Source: a virus (lineage: Duplodnaviria; Caudoviricetes). From it: DNA of 64,000 nucleotides. The notes beneath the pieces are model-generated. The model saw only the letters and a list, made by a program, of their open reading frames with translations, had not been told where the DNA came from and did not search any database. The stretch is from the IMG/VR virus record IMGVR_UViG_2974655483_000001, positions 32,001-96,000 of that record, one strand, 5' to 3'. Below, one piece after another: positions 54,101-63,579 of this stretch (positions are counted from its first letter, which is position 1; each line of letters starts with the position of its first letter). Both the position numbers and the translations under genes were made by a program.

Positions 54101-55336
54101 CCTACTTACAGCACTGCACAAAGAAAGGTTCGTGTTTATCACAGTAATCACTGTATGCATAGCACTTCCAACAATGTAATTGTTAGTGGTGCAGTCTCTG
54201 AGGTTAGCGACACTTCATTAACTGCGTCACTTTCGGCATCTGATGTTAGTATTTCGGTATCGGATGCTACGGCATTCCATAAAATCATTAACGGTCTTGC
54301 GATTTCCGTCAGTAATGTTGGATTTATTAAGATTGGTACTGAGGTTATTTCTTATAGTGCAATCAGTGGTGATAACAAAACTATTACTGTATACGAAAGA
54401 GGTGTTGATGGTACGACTGCTATATCTCATGCAGACGAATCAGTTGTTGAGTGCTACAACCTGGATGGTATTCCATTACCCCAAATCAATAAAACTCATA
54501 CAGGAATCTTGAATCCTACTCTTGATTACTATGAATTGAGCACCTCTTCTATTGCAAGATTGGGTATTGTTGGTGGTGGTGCTAACATTACTGCTACACA
54601 AAATGTTCAGTATAATGTTCTCGTTCCTCAGATTGAGAGAATGCTCCTACCTAAGACCGATATTACTGCTCGAATTAATACGATCAGTGGTACATCAATC
54701 AATGATGGAACGTCATTAGCGCAAGCATCATTCGCTAACGATGGAGTATTCAGTGATGTTATCTTAGGAACAGATAACTATCTTGCAAAACCTGCATTGA
54801 TTTGTTCTACTGTCAACGAATCTGCAGAACTAAGTGGCGCTAAGTCATTCAGACTAGACCTAACGATGATTAGTGATAAAACTAACATCAGTCCTGTAAT
54901 TGATACTGATAGATTATCTGCTACATTGGTATCCAATAGGGTTAATAATCCTGCCGATGTCAACAGTGCAAACCTTGCCGTTGGCGATAAGCATGAAGCA
55001 GTTTACATTACAAGAACTGCTGATTTGAAGAATCCTTCGGGTTCTATCAAGTTATATTTTACAGGATACCGTCCTCCCAACACAACAATTAAGGTCCTAT
55101 ATAGAGTACGACCGATTGGTTCTACAACACCCATTGAAGAATTGGGATTCAACTTCTTCCCAACAGCAAATTCTGAAGTACCACCTACATCAGAGACTCA
55201 AATTTTCAGTGAATATGAGTACGAGGTAAGTGGTCTGAACTTTGATCAGTATCAAATTAAGGTTCTGTTTGTATCTCCAAACCAATCCTTAGTTCCTATT
55301 ATCAAAGATTTGAGAGCGATTGCTCTTGCTGTATAA
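48128..55336 (+). CDS. Large virion structural protein, VrlC/DUF4815-like
   Basis: NLNVTPYYDDFD..KNFYRVLFRPGFPIQARELTTMQSILQNQ; YTMRDIGAIERR; DPLAQSF; LFKSQNASTW. Confidence 0.85.
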   Translation: MAQNTNLNVTPYYDDFDKDKNFYRVLFRPGFPIQARELTTMQSILQNQVENVGSHLFKDGAMVIPGQVGYDLTVDAIMLQESFLGADVESYRSQLDGLIIEGLTTGVKAKVLYSISSTESDKGYITLYLKYIESGGTNNSTELFASNEQLVTDTEITFGTTLIEVGSPFAQLLPTDALQQGSVSYVQQGVYFIRGFFVDVDYQYILLDQYGSNPSYRIGLNIQESIVTPEDDLSLNDNAAGTSNYAAPGSHRFRIKTTLIKKLLTDDADKNFIELLRINNSKVEKLVDRSALNELEKGLALRTYEESGNYVVKDFEISVRESLDDGFNNGVYPAGATTSNGTATSDAKYAVEFGAGIAYIKGYRVKRLSPSYVDLDKPRETLDAQNVIVPFEMGNFSNVTNIFGFPNTSGSTITNAYHTLELRDTASSSAGSAAGDLIGYARVTSIEHLNDPDNTFGNADDQYKLNVMDVQMFTVLELASAKSIAQGSLVIGGTSGARAYIVSATTSSDRVDVYQVEGTFLQNEMLLVDGAFLDTINHIHSYQYSDTRQFVARDESTSAIEFTADLVLEDVQLVEGSTFTYNATGGSETITGLQSNFALDLRPGDRIYFNSTEFVTVDLVTPGDLATGSSASIFDYINQVVNVTPPGSNFPSAGTYNTLLRYRSKLFDVANADLLSDMPKKYIKSISDESMIVRRTFDAQTVSSDSISITLPENEQFESITDEAYTVTVLAGTNGTHPVGDQITLDTVTTSALGYTSFTSADRTTLQIENLTNITSVKVTATVSKNVTVRKTKSGNEMFVLKVTNTTANLDKQNYNLTYSNLYGTRIEDKELSLGLTDSYRLHAVYESNDDDDPVLPSVILVEPVFFANGTIVTGRTSKSRAKVVDFASGSLKLSLVYITGSFISGETLDGFDSTGAAISAIINDSEGSIVAGSKVVTDNYFLEVAQTGFIYNISRVVRKKGTIAPIRKLKLVLDYYSHSSTGDYFGGQSYLNTAYTDIPFFGFKFLADYLDFRPGVKNLYSGTGTVASPAYVNCSTFDFKSRVFNISGTPNATVFDIPKLNSNFRCDFDWYLPRKDKAFVTPDGEFQIIKGKSSDIPEEPDDLKDGMLLATISHKPYGFDPENDTVIVRSDNRRYTMRDIGAIERRLDQVEYYTSLNLLESDTFNSQILDSSGKNRLKNGFIVDDFSDHGKSDTSHEDFSAALDFEYGECRPAHYTTNVPLIINESLSTNYQQTGPLITLPYTEFKIIEQPYASRVENINPFNVFTYIGRITLTPGSDDWLDTSRVPARVTQIEGDFQQVSSEMNVDQNGFAPIQWRAWQTNWIGERVLGSSTVRNTGWLAEDRGRSPLPGVWGGRGMRRINRTTTIEAVSGQTREGVRSRVIPRIDRQSLGDSILSSTSIPWIRSRNIDVDVARLKPRTRFYSFFDGRSTVDYQVPKMIEIIKDPSIDTRTNSTPFVIGETVTGLTSGCKFKVAAPNDFYRFNPYDDSALPDSYASTTAFLNIDTIELSKQATGDYYGNFQVQEVLVGTSGATAVVRDRRLISDRFGKLRTSFFIPSPSLDTNPRWATGTRTLRLSTSDVDSRLAGAVASAAETNYEASGTLNTIQENVLAVRNADVVRDTVTQNRTIRSTRTELRQIGWYDPLAQSFIVDETDGVFLTSIDVYFFKKDASIPVSMQIRTMENGYPTTTILPFSDVTLEPDSVQLSESAAVATKFTFDAPVFIPQSVEHCFVLLSDSNSYQIWISRMGEQDISGDRTISEQPYAGVLFKSQNASTWTADQYEDLKFIVNRAEFTNTLNSRVVVNNTALARGNGGELNLRRDAIQTFTPELVLTLNSTTLPYTVGSRIYQKTTLAEGTISAVQTTVAGVLLTIKDISGSWAAGSNTGGVITNRIVSSKTLATMVVSTPTGDFTPGETITGNSADAPTAEVVTWNSGTNTLTLRYVSTDFTASTETITGGTSAITATVSTVSYSGDAIESSAVSDSFVSATPTYSTAQRKVRVYHSNHCMHSTSNNVIVSGAVSEVSDTSLTASLSASDVSISVSDATAFHKIINGLAISVSNVGFIKIGTEVISYSAISGDNKTITVYERGVDGTTAISHADESVVECYNLDGIPLPQINKTHTGILNPTLDYYELSTSSIARLGIVGGGANITATQNVQYNVLVPQIERMLLPKTDITARINTISGTSINDGTSLAQASFANDGVFSDVILGTDNYLAKPALICSTVNESAELSGAKSFRLDLTMISDKTNISPVIDTDRLSATLVSNRVNNPADVNSANLAVGDKHEAVYITRTADLKNPSGSIKLYFTGYRPPNTTIKVLYRVRPIGSTTPIEELGFNFFPTANSEVPPTSETQIFSEYEYEVSGLNFDQYQIKVLFVSPNQSLVPIIKDLRAIALAV

Positions 55337-55572
55337 TGTCACACATTCCTGTAAAAAATAAAGATAATTGGTACAGAAACTCGGAAACGGGTTCTGTACT
55401 GTGTTCTGATTCTGATACATATCAGAAATATATGACTGCGTATAAAGCAGATAAACAGAAAGAGGAGGACTTTACCACTTTACAAAATGAAGTTTCTGAG
55501 TTAAAATCGGATCTAGGTGATATCAAATCACTTTTACTAACGTTAGTCCAAAGTAAAGAGAACAAATTATGA
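55336..55572 (+). CDS. Small coiled-coil hypothetical protein
   Basis: 78 aa, LQNEVSELKSDLGDIKSLL. Confidence 0.8.
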   Translation: MSHIPVKNKDNWYRNSETGSVLCSDSDTYQKYMTAYKADKQKEEDFTTLQNEVSELKSDLGDIKSLLLTLVQSKENKL

Positions 55573-55787
55573 CGATTGAACAAGTTCCTCAAACTGACAT
55601 GATTGCTCAATTCAAAGAGCGTCTTCAGCAGATCATTACTGAGAACCAGCAACTTGCTGCAAAAATTAAAGAAAATGAAACAACGGGACTGAAACTTCAG
55701 GGTGCTATTGAAGCACTTGAATATTATAATCCTCAGGAGGAAGAGACCGCTTCCCAACCTCCAGAAGAAGAAGAAACTGAAGAGTGA
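55569..55787 (+). CDS. Small coiled-coil hypothetical protein
   Basis: 72 aa, LKLQGAIEALE. Confidence 0.8.
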   Translation: MTIEQVPQTDMIAQFKERLQQIITENQQLAAKIKENETTGLKLQGAIEALEYYNPQEEETASQPPEEEETEE

Positions 55788-55794
55788 TAGGATT

Positions 55795-55816
55795 AGGGGC
55801 AGAAATGCCCCTTTTC
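55795..55816 (+). terminator. Intrinsic terminator
   Basis: AGGGGCA-GAAA-TGCCCCT followed by TTT; GNRA loop. Confidence 0.8.
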
Positions 55817-55824
55817 TATTACGC

Positions 55825-55831
55825 ATAAATA
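55825..55831 (+). promoter_or_regulatory. T4-type late promoter
   Basis: ATAAATA between the terminator and the fibre gene. Confidence 0.7.
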
Positions 55832-55868
55832 ACTTGGAAGCATAATCACTATCGAGTTGTCGTAAAAA

Positions 55869-58800
55869 ATGGCAAATAGAATACAGTTAAGACGCGGTGG
55901 TGCTCAGGAATGGGCAAACGCGAATCCAACTCTTGCACAGGGTGAACTTGGAATTGAACTTGATACTGGTCGGTTCAAAATCGGTGATGGTGCAACGGCA
56001 TGGAACACGCTGAGATATGAGCGTCCTGTAGAGTCCAACACTAATACTCCAAACAGTCTTGTACAGAGAGACGCAGATGGAAGTTTTTCTGCAGGTACTA
56101 TTACATCAACTCTTATTGGTAATGCTTCAACATCAACTAGACTTGAACAGACTAGACAGATTCAGTTATCTAATGATGTAACAGCGACTGGTAACTTTGA
56201 TGGTTCCCAAAACTTAAATTTAAGTACTGCTTTATCACTGATCAATACTCTTCCCCATTACTTGGAAGGTGGTGTAAGTAGTACTACTAGAACTTTTACT
56301 GAGGTTACTGTTGACCAGAAGGGTAGAGTTGTAAATGCTAGAACTCCTTCTCAACTAAATCTTACTGATTATGGTCTTGATGGTTCTGCAACTAGTGACA
56401 CAACTTTAGCACAACCTTGGAATGCAAACTTAGAAGCAATTTCAGACGAAACTGGTACTGGTTTATATTCAAAAACTGCAGCGGGTGTTGTTGAGACCAG
56501 ACTTATTACTGGTGCTGCTGGTCAAATTGTTATCACTGACGGTGGTGGTATTAGTGGCAATCCTCTTGTCTCATTGTCGATTCAAGCAAACGTTGTTCCT
56601 GGAGACTATAATACAGAATCTCTCACTTCAGTATCTCAAGCTGGTAGTGGTGGAGAACCTTTTGGTACAGAGACTGTTAATGCTTCTAAGTTCTCTGTTG
56701 ACGATAAAGGACGTTTAACAACCGTAACGAATGTACCTATTGCTACTGCTACCGAGGGTAGTAAGTATGCGGCATATGCAGCAGGTACAACATATGTTAG
56801 ATATGATATCATTGAAGATAGTAGTAGAGTATATCAAGCAATTACAGGAATTGCTGCAGGTGGTGGCGCTCCAACTCATACTGATGGTTCAGATGCTGGT
56901 GGGTGGAGATATCTTGCTGCTGCAGCAGTAGAGCAGAAAGGACTTGCTTCTTTCGCACAAGAAGATTTTGATGTTGATGCCAACGGACATGTAACTATTG
57001 CTGCTGTTGGTGTAGATAATACACAACTCCAAAACAATCGTATTGGTTTCGCTGACGGTAATACCGTAGAAAATTTTGAACTGGATCAAGAACTTACTGC
57101 AACCACTGGATACCGAGGATTCAATTATCTTAACTATCTTAAAGTTAATGATACGAGCGGTAATCTACTCGTTGGCGCTAATAATACGGGGGACAGCGGA
57201 GCTGGCGAACTTGATGTTAATGTACGGTCGTACTTCTCTGACCCTGATATTACTCTTGATGGCGATGTTAATCAGACACTGGATAAAACTGGGGATGGTG
57301 AGCTTACCTTCCAGTTAACTCAGAATACTGCTACGAATAGAAACTTTAATATTCTGACAACTAATGCTGGGTCTGGATCCAGCAACATTATTATTACCGC
57401 TGAAGATACTGTACAGATTAGTGCATCGGAAGCAACTGGTAAGGTCCATGTAGAGGATGCAAAATTCCAAGATAATTACATCGCCACAACCAATGCGACG
57501 ATGAACCTCGACCCTGGTGATGACCGTGCAGTCACTGGTTTAGTTCGTGTCTGGGGTAACCTTCAGATTGATGGCACAACAACTACAATTAATTCCACAC
57601 AATTGACTGTAGATGATGTCACCATTCTACTTGGTGGTGATACTGTTCCTACAACTGATGATAATCTGGATCGTGGTATTGAATTCAACTATTATGACAC
57701 TGAAGCACGCTTAGGTTTCTACGGTTGGGATACCAATTATTCCGATTTAGGTGGTCATGCAGGCGGATATCGTTTCCTTCATGCTGCTACAAATACCAAC
57801 GAAGTCTTTACGGGTACTGATTCTGGTATTATTGCAGGTAATGTAAAACTGACAACTGGTACTAACTCAACCTCTAATACAACTGGTGACCTTGTAGTTG
57901 CTGGTGGTGTTGGTATTACTCAGGATGTAAATATCGGCGGTCTTCTAGATGTTGATAGTACATTGCGTGTTACTAGCACCTCTCGTTTCGACGATAATGT
58001 AGTTCTGCAGGGTGCTTCTAAGACTTTACAACTGAATAATGGTAGTGGTACAACCAAGATTGAATTCCAATCTACAACTGGTAACGGTTCTCTTGCTGGT
58101 ATTCTGGATGTAACTGGAAACTTCAATATTAATACTGATAAGTTTAATGTTGTTGCTACTTCTGGCAATACCTCCATTGCTGGCACATTGGGTGTTACAA
58201 ACATTGCAACATTCTCTAACGACATTGATGCTAACGCCAACATGACATTGGCTGGTGACCTCCACATGGAGAGCACTAATGACATTACGGTTGCTAAGAA
58301 TGTTGGCACTGGTGTTTGGGAGATTCAATCTAACGACTATGGTGCTCTCCGTCTTGATGGGGGCGCATATGTTGCTGGTGATGCACTGATTGATGGCACC
58401 CTACACGTTAACGGTGCTATTGAAGTTCAAGATAGTGCAACAGAGACTGAATCTAGACTGAACTGGTTGAGAGTTAGGTATAGAGGTCGTTTCGGTGACA
58501 CTTATCAGGCAACTCCTTCCTATGCATCTCACAATACTACAACTATCAGAGCACATGGTGGTGCTGGTATTGAAAGAACTCTACATGTTGGTGGCACAGG
58601 ATCTGGTGAAGGTCTGTTTGTTGGTAAGAGATACTCTGGTGATACTGTTAAGTTCTCTGTTCTTGGTGCATCTGGTAACACTGACATTCAAGGCACATTC
58701 GATGTTGCTGGTAACTCCGAGTTCAATGGCACAGTTGATGTTGATGCAGACTTTGCTGTAAGAAATGGCACAACGGATAAATTCTTTGTTGATAATGTAA

Positions 58801-61592
58801 CTGGCAACACCGATATCCAAGGCACTCTGGATGTCAATGGTGCAACTGAGATTACAAATACTCTGGATGTTAGCAACGCTGTTACATTCGACCAGACACT
58901 GTTAGTCCAAGGCAACTCTGAGTTTAACGGTACTGTTGATGTTGATGCTAACTTCGCTGTAAGAAGTGGTAGCACGGATAAGATGACCGTTGCTTCTTCT
59001 TCAGGTAACATTGCAACTGACGGCACACTGGTTGTCCAAGGTCAAACAACCATTAACGATTCACTGATTGTTGATGCTGCTAATGAAGTCTTCTCTGTCA
59101 GAAACGGATCTGCTGTTGAGAAGTTTGGTGTTGATGCTGATAACGGTAATACAAATATCATCGGCACACTGACCGTTGGTGATGCAACTCAGATTAATGA
59201 CACCTTCGGTGCATCTGGTATTGTCACACTTACCAATAACACTGAGCAAACTCTGACAGGTAGTTATGGTGCTGATGGTGCTCTAAGACTTACTGGTGGT
59301 GCTGCTGTCCAAAGAAACCTCGCTGTTGGTGGTGCTGCAAGAGTCTACGGCAACACTGAACTGACTGGTACTCTCGACCTTAACAATAGTGCAGACATCT
59401 CTGGTGCTTTAGTAACACATGATAATGTTACGATTACTGCAGACAATAAGACATTTGCAATTCAGAATGCATCTGCTGCTAATAAATTTACGGTAGATAC
59501 TGATAATGGAAACACTGATCTTCGTGGCACCTTAGACATCGGTGGTGATGTAACTGCTGAGTCCAATCTTACTGTTACTGGAAATCTTACTATCAATGGA
59601 ACGACAACTACTGTCAACTCTACGGTCACAACTATCGATGACCCTATTATTACTGTGGGTGGTGACACAGCACCAGCGTCTAACGACGGTAAGGATCGTG
59701 GTGTTGAGTTCCGTTATTACGACAGCTCTGCGAAAATTGGTTTCTTCGGATACGATAGATCCGCCAACCAATTCGCATTCGTAGTAGACGCAACTAATTC
59801 ATCAGAAGTTCTTTCTGGTACTGACGGTAACCTTCGTGCTGGTAGTCTCAATCTTACTGGTGCTGGCACTGCACTCGATGTTGATGCAAATGCAAATATT
59901 GATGGCACTCTGACTGTAGATGGTCAAATCATCTCTCAGGTTTCTTCTGGTGCTGCTCTAGTCATTCCTAACACAACCAAGATTAACAACCTCAATGCTG
60001 ACCTTCTGGACAGCATGACAACTGCTTCTGCAGCAACTGCAACTACTGTTGTTGCTCGTGACTCTAGTGGAGACTTTGCTGCAAATATCATTACGGTTGC
60101 TTCTGGTGTAGGTGCCGCTGCTGGTATTCAAGGTAATGCTCTTACTGCAGATACACTTAAAACGGCAAGAAACATCACAGTTGCTGGTGTTGTTTCTGGA
60201 GATGCTGAGTTTAATGGTTCTGGTGATATTACAATCACTACAACATATGTTGATGCAGACATCACTGCACTTGCTGCAATGGCAGGAACTGGTTTTGTTT
60301 CCAGAACTGCTGCCAATACATATGCTCAACGCACACTCGCTGTCACAGCATCTTCTGGTATTACACTGACAAATGCTGATGGTGTTTCTGGCAATCCAAC
60401 CATTAATGTCGCTTCTACAGCAAGTAACTCAGCAAACAACCTCGTCCTTCGTGATGCATCTGGTGACTTTGCTGCTGGGACTATTACTGCAGCATTAGTT
60501 GGTAATGTTACTGGTCAAACATCTGATATTAGTAATCACGATACTGGAGACCTTTCTGAGGGATCCAATCTATACTTTACTAATGAGCGTGTTGATGACA
60601 GAATTGACGCACTGTTTGTTGCTAGCACAGGCATTACTAAGGTATATGATGACACTGCAGGCACCTATACGCTCTCTGTAACGCAGGCAGACGTTAATAC
60701 TGACAATGTAACCGAAGGTTCCACAAACCTCTTTACAACCGCTGCTAGGACCCGCACACACTTCACATACGGCACAGGCGTAGAACTTAGTGGTGCAGGT
60801 GCTCTGAGTGTCACTCAGGCAGACATTGATACTGATAATGTAACTGAAGGTTCTACTAATATCTTCTACACTGAGGCACGCTTTAATACAAGTCTTGCAA
60901 CTAAAGATACTGATAATGTGAGTGAAGGTTCTTCCAATCTATACTTCACTAATACTCGTGCAGATACCCGTGCTGATTTGAGAGTTGCAGCAGCAACTGG
61001 TGCAAACCTAGATCTTTCTAGTAAGTCTACCACCAATCTTTCTGAGGGTACAAATCAGTACTACACTGAAGCAAGAGTTCAAGATAAACTCGATAATGCG
61101 TTTGCTCAACTTAGTGCAATGCTCAATAATCTTGCAACCGCCACTACTTTGGTATTAAATCTATCTGGTGATCCTACACCTGGTGACGTAACTGCTTTTA
61201 ATAATGGCACATTATCTGGTGGTACATTGTATAACACTGGAACTGCAGTTGCTACCACCTCTAGCGGTAGTGGCACTGGATTAACAGTAGATATCACCGC
61301 ATCTGGTGGTGCTATCACTGCAGTTGCTATCAACGCAGCAGGTTCTGGTTATGTAGTTGGTGAGACAATTACAATCTCTACTGGTGGTGGAGATGCCACA
61401 ATAAATGTCTCTGCTGTTACTGAAATGGCAATTGGTGATACTGTCACAGGCAGTACATCAGGCACCACAGGTGTTATCACTGCTGTTGGTGCAACTTCAG
61501 TTACTGTTGACACTGTTAATGGATTCTTTAAGAAGACTGAGACAGTATCTGCTGGAGATGTTTCTACATTAACAATCACTTCATTCGCCTGA
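55869..61592 (+). CDS. Tail fibre / fibre-like protein (1907 aa)
   Basis: Mtd/hyaluronidase-type N-terminus RIQLRRG..EW...NPTLAQGELGIELDTGRFKIGDG; Gly/Thr beta-spiral repeats; EGSTNL(Y/F) repeats. Confidence 0.85.
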   Translation: MANRIQLRRGGAQEWANANPTLAQGELGIELDTGRFKIGDGATAWNTLRYERPVESNTNTPNSLVQRDADGSFSAGTITSTLIGNASTSTRLEQTRQIQLSNDVTATGNFDGSQNLNLSTALSLINTLPHYLEGGVSSTTRTFTEVTVDQKGRVVNARTPSQLNLTDYGLDGSATSDTTLAQPWNANLEAISDETGTGLYSKTAAGVVETRLITGAAGQIVITDGGGISGNPLVSLSIQANVVPGDYNTESLTSVSQAGSGGEPFGTETVNASKFSVDDKGRLTTVTNVPIATATEGSKYAAYAAGTTYVRYDIIEDSSRVYQAITGIAAGGGAPTHTDGSDAGGWRYLAAAAVEQKGLASFAQEDFDVDANGHVTIAAVGVDNTQLQNNRIGFADGNTVENFELDQELTATTGYRGFNYLNYLKVNDTSGNLLVGANNTGDSGAGELDVNVRSYFSDPDITLDGDVNQTLDKTGDGELTFQLTQNTATNRNFNILTTNAGSGSSNIIITAEDTVQISASEATGKVHVEDAKFQDNYIATTNATMNLDPGDDRAVTGLVRVWGNLQIDGTTTTINSTQLTVDDVTILLGGDTVPTTDDNLDRGIEFNYYDTEARLGFYGWDTNYSDLGGHAGGYRFLHAATNTNEVFTGTDSGIIAGNVKLTTGTNSTSNTTGDLVVAGGVGITQDVNIGGLLDVDSTLRVTSTSRFDDNVVLQGASKTLQLNNGSGTTKIEFQSTTGNGSLAGILDVTGNFNINTDKFNVVATSGNTSIAGTLGVTNIATFSNDIDANANMTLAGDLHMESTNDITVAKNVGTGVWEIQSNDYGALRLDGGAYVAGDALIDGTLHVNGAIEVQDSATETESRLNWLRVRYRGRFGDTYQATPSYASHNTTTIRAHGGAGIERTLHVGGTGSGEGLFVGKRYSGDTVKFSVLGASGNTDIQGTFDVAGNSEFNGTVDVDADFAVRNGTTDKFFVDNVTGNTDIQGTLDVNGATEITNTLDVSNAVTFDQTLLVQGNSEFNGTVDVDANFAVRSGSTDKMTVASSSGNIATDGTLVVQGQTTINDSLIVDAANEVFSVRNGSAVEKFGVDADNGNTNIIGTLTVGDATQINDTFGASGIVTLTNNTEQTLTGSYGADGALRLTGGAAVQRNLAVGGAARVYGNTELTGTLDLNNSADISGALVTHDNVTITADNKTFAIQNASAANKFTVDTDNGNTDLRGTLDIGGDVTAESNLTVTGNLTINGTTTTVNSTVTTIDDPIITVGGDTAPASNDGKDRGVEFRYYDSSAKIGFFGYDRSANQFAFVVDATNSSEVLSGTDGNLRAGSLNLTGAGTALDVDANANIDGTLTVDGQIISQVSSGAALVIPNTTKINNLNADLLDSMTTASAATATTVVARDSSGDFAANIITVASGVGAAAGIQGNALTADTLKTARNITVAGVVSGDAEFNGSGDITITTTYVDADITALAAMAGTGFVSRTAANTYAQRTLAVTASSGITLTNADGVSGNPTINVASTASNSANNLVLRDASGDFAAGTITAALVGNVTGQTSDISNHDTGDLSEGSNLYFTNERVDDRIDALFVASTGITKVYDDTAGTYTLSVTQADVNTDNVTEGSTNLFTTAARTRTHFTYGTGVELSGAGALSVTQADIDTDNVTEGSTNIFYTEARFNTSLATKDTDNVSEGSSNLYFTNTRADTRADLRVAAATGANLDLSSKSTTNLSEGTNQYYTEARVQDKLDNAFAQLSAMLNNLATATTLVLNLSGDPTPGDVTAFNNGTLSGGTLYNTGTAVATTSSGSGTGLTVDITASGGAITAVAINAAGSGYVVGETITISTGGGDATINVSAVTEMAIGDTVTGSTSGTTGVITAVGATSVTVDTVNGFFKKTETVSAGDVSTLTITSFA

Positions 61593-61598
61593 TAACAA

Positions 61599-62405
61599 AT
61601 GTCCGCTACAAGACCCGCTTCTAAAACAGAGTTAAAAAACTACGCTCTTCGTAGATTAGGTTTTCCTGCTATTGATATCAATGTATGTGATGAGCAGTTG
61701 GATGACCTAATCGAAGAAGCAGTAGATTACTTTCAAGAGTTTGCATATAACGGTAGTTATAAAGCATTCATCAAGATTGAAGTAACTGATGCTATCAAAA
61801 CTGCTGCCAAAACTGGCAGTGCTTTAGGTGCTACCGATTGGACAGAGGGGAATGAATATGTATCACTTCCTCCTGGAGTCTTGGCGGTCAATCATGTTTA
61901 TAGTCAGATCGGTGCTTCTAGTGTAACTCCTGGTAATATTTTTAATATTAAATATCAAATTTTCTTGAATGATATCTATGCAATGACGCATGGACATATT
62001 CTTCATTACTTTATGACTTCTCAATATCTTGAGACTCTTGATTGGGTTACAAACTCAGATAGAAATCGTAGAGTCCGATTTAATGAATATCAAGGAAAAC
62101 TTTATCTTGACTTTGATTGGGCAAATTTGCAGACTGGTAATCAAATTGTAGTAGAAGTTTTGATGCGTCAAGACCCTGATACTTACACCGCAATGTATAA
62201 TGATGCTTGGTTGAAGGATTATGTTGAGGCATTATTCCAACAGCAATGGGGTCGCAATCTCAGTAAGTATGATGGCATTCAAATGCTTGGTGGTGTAACT
62301 TTGAATGGTCGTCAAATTCTTGAGGATGGAAGCAAATTTAAAACAGACCTTGAAGCAGATATTCGCAAGACTTATGAACTCCCCCCAATGGATTTAATCG
62401 GTTGA
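61599..62405 (+). CDS. gp13: Neck protein gp13
   Basis: ELKNYALRRLGFPAIDINV..EQLDDLIEEA; QWGRNLSKYDGIQMLGGVTLNG. Confidence 0.95.
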   Translation: MSATRPASKTELKNYALRRLGFPAIDINVCDEQLDDLIEEAVDYFQEFAYNGSYKAFIKIEVTDAIKTAAKTGSALGATDWTEGNEYVSLPPGVLAVNHVYSQIGASSVTPGNIFNIKYQIFLNDIYAMTHGHILHYFMTSQYLETLDWVTNSDRNRRVRFNEYQGKLYLDFDWANLQTGNQIVVEVLMRQDPDTYTAMYNDAWLKDYVEALFQQQWGRNLSKYDGIQMLGGVTLNGRQILEDGSKFKTDLEADIRKTYELPPMDLIG

Positions 62406-62406
62406 T

Positions 62407-63579
62407 ATGACTTACAGAAACGATCCCCCAGAAAATTGTATTCAGTCAGACTACACTAGTAGTTGCCGACTAAATCTAAATGGTTCTTCCCAGGAACAAA
62501 TGTTTATGGGTAATCTGATCATTGAGAGTATTGAACTCTATGGTCAGGATATCTATTATCTACCCAGAACATATGTCAATAGAGACACAATCTTTCAAGA
62601 AGTAGAAAGTAGTAATTTTACACAGGCACTTGCTATTAGAGCATATGTTAATAATGTGGAAGGATGGGAAGGTCAAGGAGAACTGCTAAGTAAGTTTGGA
62701 GTTCGTATTGAAGATAAGACTACCTTCATCTTTTCTAGAAGTAAATTTACCGAGAAGGTAGATGATAATGCAGTATTGAATGTAGAAGGTCGTCCTAATG
62801 AAGGTGACCTTATTTGGTTCCCAACAACAAAACATTTATTTGAGATTAAGTTTGTAGAAGCAGAAAGACCTTTCTATCAGTTAGGTAAGGGTTATGTTTG
62901 GGAATGTCAGTGCGAACTCTTTGAGTACAGTGACGAACAACTTGATACTGGTGTCGCAGCAATTGATGCTATCGAAACTGCATTTGCGAATTCTATCAAG
63001 TTGGTTATGGATGCTGGCGGTTCGGGAGACTTTACAGTTGGTGAGGAGATCGTTGGAGATCTATATCTTGCTACAGCAACAGCAGCGATTACTGGTGATG
63101 CAGTAAGTTCGTTTACTATCACTGATGGTGGTGAGCATTATAAAACAGCATTGCCACCTACAGTTACTATTACAGGAGGCGGTGGAAGTGGAGCGACAGG
63201 AACAGCGGTGGTTTCGGCTACAGGCATTGTTAGCAGTATCACTGTTTCAAGTGGTGGTACTGGCTACACTAGTGCCCCATCTGTTACAATTGACTACTCT
63301 CCAAAAGACTCTAGAGCAGAAGTCAAGTCCTGGAACAGTGGGACAAGGGAACTCCAAGTCATTAATAGAACAGGAACCTTCAATACTTCAGAAACTGTTA
63401 AAGGATTAACATCAGGTGCTCTTTGGAGTCCTGAATCTTATAACACTCTAAATAATACTAATACCGCTGATAGCATTGACCAGAACTATAGTTTTGAAAC
63501 TGCTGATGACGATATTCTAGATTTCACTGAAGGCAATCCCTTTGGTTCTATTGGGTCCACCACTGATACTACAATCTGA
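62407..63579 (+). CDS. gp14: Neck protein gp14
   Basis: ESIELYGQDIYYLPR; RPNEGDLIWFP; FEIKFVE..PFYQLGK; DFTEGNPFG. Confidence 0.95.
   Translation: MTYRNDPPENCIQSDYTSSCRLNLNGSSQEQMFMGNLIIESIELYGQDIYYLPRTYVNRDTIFQEVESSNFTQALAIRAYVNNVEGWEGQGELLSKFGVRIEDKTTFIFSRSKFTEKVDDNAVLNVEGRPNEGDLIWFPTTKHLFEIKFVEAERPFYQLGKGYVWECQCELFEYSDEQLDTGVAAIDAIETAFANSIKLVMDAGGSGDFTVGEEIVGDLYLATATAAITGDAVSSFTITDGGEHYKTALPPTVTITGGGGSGATGTAVVSATGIVSSITVSSGGTGYTSAPSVTIDYSPKDSRAEVKSWNSGTRELQVINRTGTFNTSETVKGLTSGALWSPESYNTLNNTNTADSIDQNYSFETADDDILDFTEGNPFGSIGSTTDTTI

Noticed and set aside
58670-58990. Fibre repeats as a diversity-generating retroelement TR/VR pair
   Set aside because: Differences are mostly synonymous and not adenine-specific; no reverse transcriptase in the window
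21965-61592. Numerous 60-240-aa antisense and alternate-frame ORFs inside structural genes (e.g. 47004-47735, 39782-40333)
   Set aside because: By-products of biased GGT/ACT/GCT codon use in long Gly/Thr-rich genes
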